Part shown: one piece after another, positions 35,681 through 47,229 of the stretch
How the letters are laid out: every line of letters begins with the position of its first letter
How positions within the stretch are numbered: position 1 is the first letter of the stretch
Assembly (NCBI GenBank): GCA_018398765.1
Contig: JAHBMJ010000477.1
Location: forward strand, 62,001 to 126,000
Direction: 5' to 3'
DNA: 64,000 nucleotides
Source: Chromera velia
Taxonomy: Eukaryota
Position numbers and translations under genes: made by a program
Notes under the pieces: generated by a model
What the model was told of the DNA's origin: nothing
Databases searched by the model: none
Seen by the model: only the letters and a program-made list of their open reading frames with translations

Positions 35681-36751
35681 TCACTGAATTCCGAACAGAG
35701 CGCTAATTGTTGCATGGGCATCCTCCACTGACATGTCACCTGCCTGAAGTGAAGAGCCCATATTGTGCAGTGCACGGCGCACTTCTGCATCAAGGTGCGG
35801 GTTTCGCGCAGCCACTTGGCACACCGTCACTCCGAACGCAAACGAGTCGAAGTACCGCCCGTCCACTTTCACTCCGCGCCTCACGGCAGCTATAGTCTCA
35901 TCGACTCCCGGAAAGAACCCAGGAGTGAGCGCTCTTGGCAGAGCCTGGCCTCGTCCGTCCATTGGAGCAGCGCCTCCGAGATCACTGACGATGCTGTTGC
36001 CATCCTCGTCCACCAGAATATTCTCTGGTTTAATGTCGAAGTGAGCGAAGCCACGAGCGTGCATGTTCTTGATACCATTCGCAGTGCCGAAGAGCACACG
36101 TCCCACCGCCTGCGGCCCCGCGTGCTCGAAGAACTTGTGCAGATCCTCACTCATCTTTACGACTTGGTAAGGACAGCCTTGCTCATCAGGTCCCCGATTG
36201 AGCAACTCGATCACATTGGGTGTGCCCTTCAATTCCTCCATGACACTCACTTCATTGCAAAGAGAATGGCCAGGAAGGGGAATCGCAACAGCCTCGTTGT
36301 CCGGCTTCCGGCACTGGAACACCTTCTTCTGCCCACCACTGCCGAGTCGACCCCCTGGCGCACACAAAGTGGAGGATGCTTGTGCAGCTGCTGTATCTGC
36401 ATCTATGCCTTCGAAGACCTTCCTTAGGAAAACCCAAGCAGCCTTCGGACCGTGGAATCTGAAGATTGATTGCGACTTCGGGATCCAATCTTCAGTCACC
36501 CTCTTCCAACTGGAGGTAAACTTCCAAGTCTTCAGGCTCTTTCGGTCAATCCCTAGCTGTTGCTCTACAGCCTGTCCAACGGCACGGGGATTCTTCCCAT
36601 CCGATCTCTTGAGGTTCCCTGACGTGTCCGCAAAGTGCACAGAGCTGTTGTCAACCCACACCATCCCACCCCTTACCATCCAGCCAAAGTGCAAGAAACG
36701 TTTCTGTTCGTCTGCCGAAACAGACCCCTGACTCTCCCTGCCGTCGAACAT
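35681..36751 (-). CDS. atypical protein kinase, intronless (GxGxxK loop, no VAIK lysine)
   Basis: LGSGGQKKVF, VAIP, NVIEL, HFDIKPENILV, SDLGGA and DSFAFG; first ATG at 36751; ~130-aa N-terminal region of unknown type. Confidence 0.85.
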   Translation of the reverse strand: MFDGRESQGSVSADEQKRFLHFGWMVRGGMVWVDNSSVHFADTSGNLKRSDGKNPRAVGQAVEQQLGIDRKSLKTWKFTSSWKRVTEDWIPKSQSIFRFHGPKAAWVFLRKVFEGIDADTAAAQASSTLCAPGGRLGSGGQKKVFQCRKPDNEAVAIPLPGHSLCNEVSVMEELKGTPNVIELLNRGPDEQGCPYQVVKMSEDLHKFFEHAGPQAVGRVLFGTANGIKNMHARGFAHFDIKPENILVDEDGNSIVSDLGGAAPMDGRGQALPRALTPGFFPGVDETIAAVRRGVKVDGRYFDSFAFGVTVCQVAARNPHLDAEVRRALHNMGSSLQAGDMSVEDAHATISALFGIQ

Positions 36752-37387
36752 TGTGTACAGCCGTCTACGTGTTGCAGCAATATATATGTACGAGAAATGT
36801 GAGTGCAACGGATGCGTCCACCCTTAGAAGGTCGACTTCTGTCCAATTATGATCGCCAGCTCAAGGCTCAATGCTTATTTGATTGAACACGCAATACACA
36901 ATCCAACTTTGTCCTAGCCGGCTACCGTCAGAGCACTGAGAGCATTGAAGTTATGATTGAACAGTCCGTCGAGTCCGAGCTGCAACATTCTGCAACACCG
37001 CATGCATGGTATGCGGCGCTGCATGCATGCATGGGTTTGGGTTTGAGCAACGGGTTTATATAAACCCATGCAATCATCTGACGCACGCGAAGCGTGCGAA
37101 TGGCCCGGAAAGATTTTTTTTATGGAGTCAGGTCGTGGGTTAATTCGAGCCCTTGGACCCTTACTTTTTCGTCAAGATTTACCTGCATGGCAGGATTCTG
37201 TGCGCGAGCAGCGTCAGCGCGCAGGGGGGGTCTCAGGGGAGAAAACCTAGCTTATTAAGTGCCCTCTATAGATAAATCTTTCCGGGCCATGTCCAGACAA
37301 TGGATCAGGAGACCACGCATAGGGAGACCTTCGCAACCGTGTGAGTGCGCATTGTCATGTCATTCAGAGGCTCTTCGACACGAAATT

Positions 37388-38601
37388 ATGCTTTCTTGCA
37401 AGAATCGTGGGCAGACTTCTGCCGAGACGGAGACAGTGACAAGAGGAGACGGCGATGAGCGTCAGACTGAAGCTGGGGGGAGTTCTTCCTCTTCCTCGCC
37501 CCCAGTGGGTGAGTTCCCCCCGGCTACATGGTGTGAGTGTGGCAGAAGAGTTTTGGGTATCAGATGGGCCCATCTCTTCATGCGTCCCGTTGGCAGAGTC
37601 AATCGGTCTTTCGGCGCTGTCACGTCAGAGAGACTGCGGACAGCTCTTGACGCCTTCATCAAAAGGGGGGAGACAGACGCTCTATACCTATTTCTGTTTG
37701 TGGGGGCTGACATAGATGGGATTATGGGGGTATGGACGGCTCTCACGAGCCATCCTTGCTGGGCATATGGAAGCAGTGCGGCTGCTTGTGGAGGCGGGGG
37801 CGGGGCTTGAGGTCTCCTTATCTGTGCGGAATTTGCAGCATGGACACACTGCTCTTCTCTATGCGATTATCATGCGCGAACCTGAGATTGCGAAATTTCT
37901 CGTTTCCAAGGGGGCAAACGTGAAAGCAGTGGCAGACCCTCGGTCTAGGCAAACTCTGAGCCCACTCCATCTGGCTATTGAGAAAGGCTTCGTTGATCTT
38001 GTTGGTTGTCTCGTTTCGAATGGAGCCGACGTCAACAGCACGAATGCCGAAGGGCACACCGCGCTTCAGCATGCCGTCAGGTGGCGTCAGAAAGAGGCGG
38101 CCGAGCGCCTGCTTGATTTGGGGGCGGAAGTGGACAAAAGAGGACGAAACGGTTTCACCGCTCTCATGTGCACGGAAGTTTCCACATGGGACTCTACGCT
38201 GTCGCGATTGTGGTGATATTGCAGAGCTCCTCCTCTCCCGAGGGGCCGACCCGAATGCAAAGGACAGTCGCTGTACCGCAGCGAGAAGTGTTCTGCACCT
38301 CGCTGCCAGAGAGGGGTGTGCGAATGTTGTGCAGGTTCTTCTCGATACTGGTGCCGACGTGCACGCAACAGATGCGTCCGGACGGACAGCTCTACACTCG
38401 GCTGTCTGTCAGAGTATTCAACACTTCTATGTACGCAGCAAGAAGCTTCGTATTGCAAAGATGCTCGTCTCCAATGGCATCAACGTGAATGCTGTAGATA
38501 TCGATGGAGAGACAGCGCTCGCAAAGGCAGAGAAGCATCGATCTGTGCGTTTCCCTCTTCGCACCTTTCTTGCCAGCCTGCCCCAGCAACAGCTGGAGTA
38601 G
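37388..38601 (+). pseudogene. ankyrin-repeat protein with two apparent frameshifts
   Basis: Ankyrin motifs (GHTALLYA, SPLHLAIEKG, GHTALQHA, LHLAAREG, GRTALHSA) are spread over three frames, with shifts near 37745 and ~38190-38210. Could be an assembly error. Confidence 0.75.
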
Positions 38602-39019
38602 AAGCAATTAGAGTGACGTTCAACAGTAACTAGCGTCCCTTTCTCTCTGCAGGCTTTCGCCCTTTCATTCCCTCTTGCTTTCTTTCCTTCTTTCCTTCCT
38701 TCCTTCCTTCCTCCTTTAAGTTTCCTTCTTCGTGGTCTTTCCTCAGTGACTGTCTCGCAGCCTTCTGATTACGTTTGCAAAAGGAAGCGCGGGATTGAAG
38801 TCTGACCGATAAACATGCATTCTGTGGTTGAGAAAGGTCAAAAAAGAAGAAGTGGACCACTCTCGCGAGACTGCAGATAGATTCGTGAAGCACGTAACCC
38901 TTATTGACGTGCATTCCACCCTTTTACGGAATGCACCGAGAAGAGAGGTTTGCTTCCTTTCAGGTTAAAAGGGCATGCAGTTCCCTCAGTGGTTGCATGC
39001 AGGCACCTTCAGTCAACGG

Positions 39020-39057
<38 letters not shown>

Positions 39058-40263
39058 CAGTGTCATGCACGAATTCACAGTTACACATGTACATGCACAC
39101 ATGCACAGTCACACAGGGGGTCCCGGGACTGCTGAAGGGCTGGAAGCCGCAGAGTCCGGCAACGATCAGCTTGTCTTCGAAAGCACAAAGAGAGAGGCAG
39201 AAAAGGGACGACTTTGCATAGCAAGAAATGAGAAAGAGGCTAGGAAAGAGACGAAGTGAGACCTAAAGTGAGACGAAGTCAATTAATTTAAGGTGATTAA
39301 TTTAAAAAGAAAAAGTCCTGTGTTCCCCTTGATTGATTGCACTTCTCGTCAGAGTTCTCAGAACCTGAACCTTCAATATAAAAATCAAATCAATTCATCG
39401 TTATAGTCCATACTACTAGGGTTACGATGGCTGCTAGGATGGCTGCCGGCTTCAGTTTACTATAGGGTTAAATTTGGGGTTTAATCTAGTTTAATCGCGC
39501 ATCATTTCTCCATATAATAAAAAATGAACAAAATGTGAATAAACAGCTAGCTAGTGAATAAAAAGACGATGTTGTTTACTTTTCTACCTTTATAAAAAAA
39601 ATATCGGATTATTATCCTATTAAACCTAGATCCTAACAGCTTTGAAGTAAAACATTGAGAGCAAAACTGAACCAGAAATGATGTTCTAGCATTTTAACTT
39701 GAAATAAAAGCTGACTAGTACTTCTTCAAGAATGTTCGGTGGAACGCCCGGTAAAAAAGTCTCCTTACCGGACATTTTAACTTACCTTTTTGAAATTAAG
39801 TACTTAAAATATCGTTTTTTTTTGTACCGGGGGGTCGGTATCGCATTTTGGTATTTAGCTTTGTCGGGATTTAACATGTGGAACATATATTTTTTTTTTT
39901 AATCATATTGAGTTGACTTTTGATAAAATTTTTCAAAGTTTGTCAAGCTACCAGTGGTTAAAACTGTTAGGTCTTGCTCGTGCTGCTGGACAGCGATCCA
40001 CTGCACGTACCATGACAAACCATGCGGAGACAAACTTGAACCATTTGAACCGGGCGGAGACAAACCGTGCTGGACGATTTGCCCCCGAAGCTCCCGATGG
40101 GCGGCGACCTTTCTGTGCGTGTTTAACCAAGTTTAAGTCGGCGAGAAATCCCGTGACACACGCAGTGTTCAATTGACTGCTTCGAACCCGTTTCGATTGA
40201 TCGATCGATCGAGTCGGTTAGTAGAAAATTCCATCATGCGGTTGTTATGTATGCCATGCGGAA

Positions 40264-40272
40264 TGTGCGTGC

Positions 40273-40303
<31 letters not shown>

Positions 40304-40415
40304 TGTGTGTGAGTGTTCGTGCGTGCGTGCGTGCGTGAGTGCGTGCGTGTGTGTGTATGTGTGTGTGTGTGAGTGTTCGTGCGTGCGTGCGTGTGTGTGT
40401 ATGTGTGTGTGTGTA

Positions 40416-40460
<45 letters not shown>
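40264..40460. repeat. compound (TG)n/(TGCG)n microsatellite with ~60-bp duplication
   Basis: GTGTATGTGTGTGTGTGTGAGTGTTCGTGCGTGCGTGC occurs twice, 60 bp apart. Confidence 0.9.
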
Positions 40461-40461
<1 letters not shown>

Positions 40462-43400
40462 GTAAAGATCAATAGGGAAGGCGGGGTGGGAGTGAAAGGT
40501 CTGAACGAGAGAGAAAGAAAGCAGGTGCATGTACCTTTGTGCCCATGTGTGCGGCTGTTTGCTTTGTTTCCCCCAGTACTCACGCTCTCGCTTGCTTCTG
40601 TACCCTCTCCCTTCCTTCCATCTTCCTTTGCCTATTTCTTCCCACTGCGAAGAGAATCTTTCTGTATAAATAATAACCTACCCACTCGCTCACGTGATGT
40701 TGGGATGCTCTTCGACTTTCTCAACAGGAAAAATCAGAGAAAAGAAAGAAATAAAGAAACGAAGGAAAACTGACTGCATGCATTCGCGAAGTGATCCTTC
40801 GACTGGACTCCACGACTTGATTCATAGAGGGAATTGAGTGGAAGGGGGGGACCCATAATGTGAATTGATACGATCTGGTGAGCATACGGTGTCACACACG
40901 CACACGAACAAACACACACATGTGACATGACATGACACATGAATGCAGTATGGCTAGAGACCCATGCAGGACAAGTGCGTGCATGATCATGGAAGCAAAT
41001 CCTGGTGGCTTTCTTACTTGCAGTCGAGCTCGCATGATGGACCCTCCCATGAATGCTCGTCTGTCAGTCCGTCAGTCAGTTAAGCTCCTCCTGTCCGTCT
41101 GCCCTGACCCTTCCACCCAGAGCCCTGAATTCCCGTCCGTCCTACTTTTGGCTTGCGTTGCTTCTGCAACGAGAAATTCCTTCCCATCTCTTTCAAGACT
41201 TGACGATTCCTTCCTCTTTTGTTTCCTGCGAGCCTGAATTACCCGCACATGGACATCATCATGCATGAACTTATTGGCACGTACTCACATTCTCTCTATC
41301 ATTATCTGCTGCTCCCCCTTCCCTTTTTTGCCTCGAGGATCCATGCACAACGAAATTAAACAGAAGACAAACTCGGCCGGTTCGTTTGCGAACTCTTGTA
41401 TGTAAGTGTCTCCACTCGTATTCTTCTTGTAACTTGCTTCACAACGGCACAAAGACATTGACTGCATGCTTCTCTGTCTTTTTGTAACCATCCCCACTGC
41501 CGGAAGGTCCTTTTGTAACCATCGTCACCACGACAAGCAGCAATGAAGCCCCCCTGTCTGCTCTTTTGTAACCGTATTTGAAAGAGCGAAAAAGTCATTG
41601 CCTTTTTGTTGCAGCTTCATTTTTTTCACCAGACGACACATCCATTTTTCTCCCAAATACTCACGCTCTGTACTGCCAATAAAATGGCCGCTCTTGAAGT
41701 GATGCACGCACGGACAGACAAGGTCGATTGAAGAGAAGATCAATGTACGGATAAACGCCTGAAGAATGCAGTTCGGACACCTGTTGTGTTCGATCGATTT
41801 TCTTTCTCTTGGCACTTGAGCCCACCAGCTGACTGTCCGAAAGGCGAAAGTTGCTATGTTTTGTGTCACGCTGCTTGGCCGTACACAAACATGATATGGA
41901 TCATTTGTTCATTGCATTGTCCCTTCTTCCCTGCCCCCCTTCCCTCCTTTCACTCTTCTCCCGCTTACTGCATGTGAAAATCGATCAATCGACCGGTATC
42001 TTCTTCTTTCTGAAAGAAAAAGAAAAGAAAAAACGAATGCATGCACCACGCAAGATTTGATTAATTCAACAGATCGATCCACATCACCCCTTGCATCTCC
42101 TTCTTTGGTGTTTGGCAATCAATCAATCCATCGGATACGGGTTTGGGAGAAAATTGACGCACGCAAGTTACGTTCACTTGCGAAGGACGCTCAGTCGAAA
42201 GGGGCCCTTCATGCCATGCATGATATAGATATTAATACTAATCTACACACAGTGAATCAGAAAATGACGAATTCAGGACAGACACAGTACAAGAACACAT
42301 AACAAGCAAGTAGATCACAAACACATTGAACGAACAAAGAACAAATGGTTGACAGGCACAGGCGACGAACAAATGAATGACTGATACATTCAGTAAAGGA
42401 GTGGAAAAAGGAGTGGAAAGATAGAGGAATCATGAATGCATCCGTTCGTTCCATGTCGAGGAGCAGAGAAGGACAAGATCATCACGTCGAATGCATTAAA
42501 TGAAAGAAAACATGGTCAATATCAAATGACAGGCCAGCAACTTCATTTCTCCTTTTTGATGATCTCTTGCTTTCTTTCCTTCCTGCCTTCCTGTTTGAGT
42601 CTTGACTGCGAGGCCTTTCCTTCCCCCTTTTGTTCTTTTTGTTCTTCTTCCTCTGTTTCCTTTTCTGTCCTTCCTCTCACTTCCCTTCATTTGATTCTCC
42701 TCATGCATCAAGTCTGTCTGTTCCTGCGGGGTCACTCACTCAGACTTCTGCAGAAGCCAGGGAGGAAGGGAAGGAATGGACGTCGGGACGATGAGGAGGA
42801 ACGGGGGCGATCGACGTCCTTTCCTGCTGTTGTCAGTCACTCTTAGTAGGTGAAATGGTGCAGTAGAGGAAAGAACGCTGCAACCCCGTCTTATCTGTCC
42901 GAATGAAATGAATGAATGAATTCAAATGAGAGAAAGAGAGAAAGAAAGAAAGAAAGACAGAAAGAAAAGAGCGAGGAATCCAAGCCTGGCTGCTGCCTCC
43001 TCAACGAACAAAGGCGAAGCCAGATGCATCCATCCATCCATCGGTCAAGCGATCGATTTTGCCCATGTCAAGCAATCAGCCAGCCAACCAACATGTCAAC
43101 CTGTCAACCAATCAGATGAAATGAAACAATGCATGAACCAATCAACCAATCGCAGTCACCCTTACAAACATATTAATATACATGGATCAATGGTTTGCTT
43201 GTTCTCACATGCATCCACCTTGCAAGCGCCTCACATCACACCTTTACATTCAGGCATCGATGCACTTTTTTCTTTCATCGGTCGAAAGTAGGAACGTCCT
43301 CGTTGCTTGCATGTTTGCGAAAACGTCGTGACGTAGAAAGAGAGAGACGGGGAATCGATTGTCTATTTCGTTTTTTCTGTTCATCATTCATTCATGGTGA

Positions 43401-44357
43401 TCATTGCATGGAAGGACCAATGAACTTGTTCTTGTTCTCTTTCACGTCATTTGGAAGGAAAAAAGGGGGGAAGGACGGCAGACTCTTTGGACCTCCGCAC
43501 CCAGCCCCCCCTTCCGTTCGTTACCAGACCGACCGCACGAATGAGGGTCAATCAGTGCAGTTTCTTGTTCAGTTCTTGTCTACATGCAAATTCAAGTGCG
43601 TTCTGCTTGAATTGAGAATTGAATTCTACTCGATGAATTCACAAGGGAAGAGGAGGGGAAAAATCCCGTACGAAGGAAGAAGGAATAAGGGAGGCAGGCA
43701 TGAGGAGAGGCAATCAGTTTATTGAGAAGACGTTCGTTCGTTCAATTCTCTTCTCTGCTATTGTCTGTGGATTCCCAAATTCTTTCTGAGCTGCTCTCAC
43801 TACGCCAACGTCAACCTTCTATCGCAAAAAGCGAATGGAAAGGAAGACGACAAGAAGAAGGAATGTATGCACGAACCTAGATGGATCGATCGAAGCAGTA
43901 CAAAAGAATTCAAGCAGCAAGACAAGAGAGAAAAGGAAAACGGGGGGAACCTACGGAAAGGAAAGAATTGGAACGGAATAGAAGGGAAGAAGGAACGGAA
44001 CGGGCGATTTGTACTTGTTTGCCAATAAATGAATCCACAGACCCTGTATTCAGTGCATTCCATGCATTCCATGGATCATGAAGAAGAAGTATACAACAGT
44101 CCTCTCTGCCAGTTTTCCTCACTGATTGTCTTTTTTCTCCCTGCCGATTCTGACGAGGAAGCCGATTCGCATTCACTGCATGGAATTCGCCTTTCTTCAA
44201 GTCTTTCTCTTCCAAGCTTCTTTCAATTCCTTCCCTCCCTTTTTCTCTTCTCTGTCCGTTTTTTCCCTGCCGGTGGGTGCTTTTTTGAGTCCACCAACCA
44301 ACCTTTCCACGCCACGATCCATGCACGCTTCTAGAGGGCTGGCTGGATGGCTACATA

Positions 44358-44394
<37 letters not shown>

Positions 44395-44653
44395 TATGAA
44401 GAAAGGCCAGAGATCGAATCATCCTTCAATTGGGCAAGGAAGGAGGAACATGCAGAGGACACAGAGAGAAGTTCTGGAAGAGGAAAGAAGCGAAGAAAGG
44501 GAATAGGCAAATGAGGGAATGCGGGAAGCCAATAAGTAAAGAAGCAGGAGAAGAAAGAAGACATAGGTAGGGGAAAGGAAGAAAGACAAGTAGAAAATGA
44601 CCGTTGACACCTTGGTCAGCTTAGGTCTCATATGGGGGAACATTCTTGATTCT

Positions 44654-44691
<38 letters not shown>

Positions 44692-45676
44692 TGTGCGAGT
44701 ATCTGTGTGAGACAGTGAAGAAAAATTTGTGCGCACGAGTGTGTGTCTCTGTGGTTTTTCTTCCATGGTGTATCTGGTTTTGTTTCTCTGACTCATCCAT
44801 CCCTTTCTTGATGTCTTTGGGATCGGACCGAGGCCTCCATGGAATCTTTCTTGTACGTCTCTCCACAACTCTTCTCTTCTGTCTGTTTTCTTTCTTCGGT
44901 TTCTCTTACCTTAACATGACAATCGATCTTTACTTTACTAAATGTCTGCTTTCCTGCCTCCGGAATTTTGTTTCGTTTCTCTTCGAATTCGTTCGTTCCT
45001 GTGCTGGGACGTTTTTGCATGTTCCGCCCACCCTGTAATTTGAATTAGTGCATGAAAAAAAAGAATCAAAGGAAGAAAAAAAAGAAGAAATACTGAGAGA
45101 AACAAACGACAAGACAAGATAAATGTTCACGCTGTTGGAATCCTCGACCATGCTGCGTCTCTTTTCTGTCTGCGATGAATTCATCATCTCATCAATGATC
45201 CCTTTTCACCCTCCCTGCTTTTGAATTCTCTGAAAGAAGAGGCTGAGCTGTAGTTATTCCATGTTGTCTCGCTACCAGACTTGACGGCACACAGACAGAT
45301 GATTGACGACTCGGTAAAATTGAAAGGACGAAAGAAAGAAAGAAAGAAAGAAAAAGAGAGAGAGAGAGGGAAAGAGAGACGAAAGAAAAAGGAACAATCG
45401 GCAGGCAACAAGCCATGACCGAATCCAGCATTCGACCGGAGAAGTGCATGAGGAGCAGACGGACGAGAGTCTGAGCGAAACGACGAAAAAGAAAAAAAAG
45501 GAAAAATAGGAAAATTTTCTGAAAGTTCCAGAAGATGAGAAAAGTAAAAAAGCTCACAACCCGATACCCTTCTCTCCGGCTGTGTCACTTCATGGTGCAC
45601 GCTTTTGAGGATCCATGCATCTTGTTGATGTGAATTCCTTCTTTCTTTACATAGGTGGGACTAAGAAATTGCACAC

Positions 45677-45715
<39 letters not shown>

Positions 45716-46475
45716 GCGAGGGAGTTCCGTGAATTGGGAGGGAGAGATGGAGAAAGAAAATGCCCGATTGATGACGGCTTTGAGCTGGTCGGCCGCCTAG
45801 CCGTAACTTGGCGGCCTGATAGCAGAACAAAAAGAAAAAGAAGAGGGAGGGAGGGAGAATTCAGAAAGAAGATCGAAAAAAGCTCACCGATTACTCCTTT
45901 CGTCTTTCCATCCTACATACCTTCTTTCCACCCTATCTACCTTCTTTCGTGACTTACTCGTTTCCACCCATTTTTCTGCCGCCCCCTTCCCCTTTCCCCT
46001 CCCTCTTTGTTCCCTCCCCCTCTCCCTTTGTTCCCCTCCAACCACAAGAATAAATACCGAATGCCTTCTTTTTTGCATGGGCACGCATTTCCTTCTACCT
46101 CTCTACCAGATGCGTATGAGCTTCCACTCTATTCAGTCTGACACATGCATCAGTAGCTCAACTTTCAGCTTTGGAAAATGGAAGGGGACACAGAAGGGAA
46201 AGAAAGAACTCCTCCAAGAAGAGAAGAAAAAGGAAGAGAGAGCGGGGAAACGAAAAATCAGTTGTATGCAAGGAAGGAACCTGAATTTCTTTAAGTTAAA
46301 TATTCTCATAAATTCGCTCTCTCACTCACGGAGACGGCATCAATCAATTGATCAAAGAAGCTAGGAAGTCTCTCTGGTTTTTCGATCCTCCTTTTTGAAT
46401 TCGGTTAGCGACATGCATCGGCCCCAAAGAAGAATGGAGCGAGGCCACATACACATGTGCACACAGACACTGACA

Positions 46476-46521
<46 letters not shown>

Positions 46522-46560
46522 CACAGAGTCATGCTAAGCGTACTCTGAATTCTAGTGAGC

Positions 46561-46591
<31 letters not shown>

Positions 46592-47229
46592 AAAACATGC
46601 CTGCATGATTCTTTTGATTCGTTCGCAATATTCCCTTTGGAACTCAGGCTTTCTTTCTTCGGCAACAACTATTGTCTTTTCTTTCTTTTCGTACTTTGCT
46701 TGCGCTCTCTCATGCCGTGCGAATGATTGATGGCTTCTTCTTGTTTGTTCCAGGCAGGGAACGTTCTTCTTCATTGCCTCCTTCAGCAACGTACAACCGT
46801 TTTCTCCCCCTTCCCCTTTCGCATTCTCATTTCTTGATTGAGATCCCATGTTGCTTCTTTTTGCCCTGCTCCGTCCCTGTATGTCCCCTTTCTTTCTTCG
46901 TCCCTTAATTTCTCTTCATCCATCTGCGTCCCGTACGTGCTGATTTTTGTCTTCACCTCCAGTAGACTGTCTGTCTGTCAATCGATACAAGTAATTCTTG
47001 GGATCATTAGTTGCTTCCGTCCTTGCGAGCCTCCACGCGCACGTACGTGTAACCACATACCATTCATGCATTTACTCATGCATCCACCCACGCATTCATT
47101 CAATTAGTCTTGCCTGCATGTACGTAGTCTTTCTGCTCGTCTCTTTTTCTCTGTTGTAATTCTCAAATTTTTTGTCCTTTCTCTGCCCCTCTCTCACTTT
47201 CTCCCCCGCCACCTCCCTCACTCACTCAC

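Noticed and set aside
41465..41575. Three copies of TTTTGTAACC
   Set aside because: Too short and irregular to distinguish from local slippage duplication
40200..47200. Many short ORFs in a 7-kb stretch
   Set aside because: Low-complexity sequence with no recognisable domain or convincing exon chain; it may be UTR or intron of the MAPK or an unseen gene, but I cannot support a call
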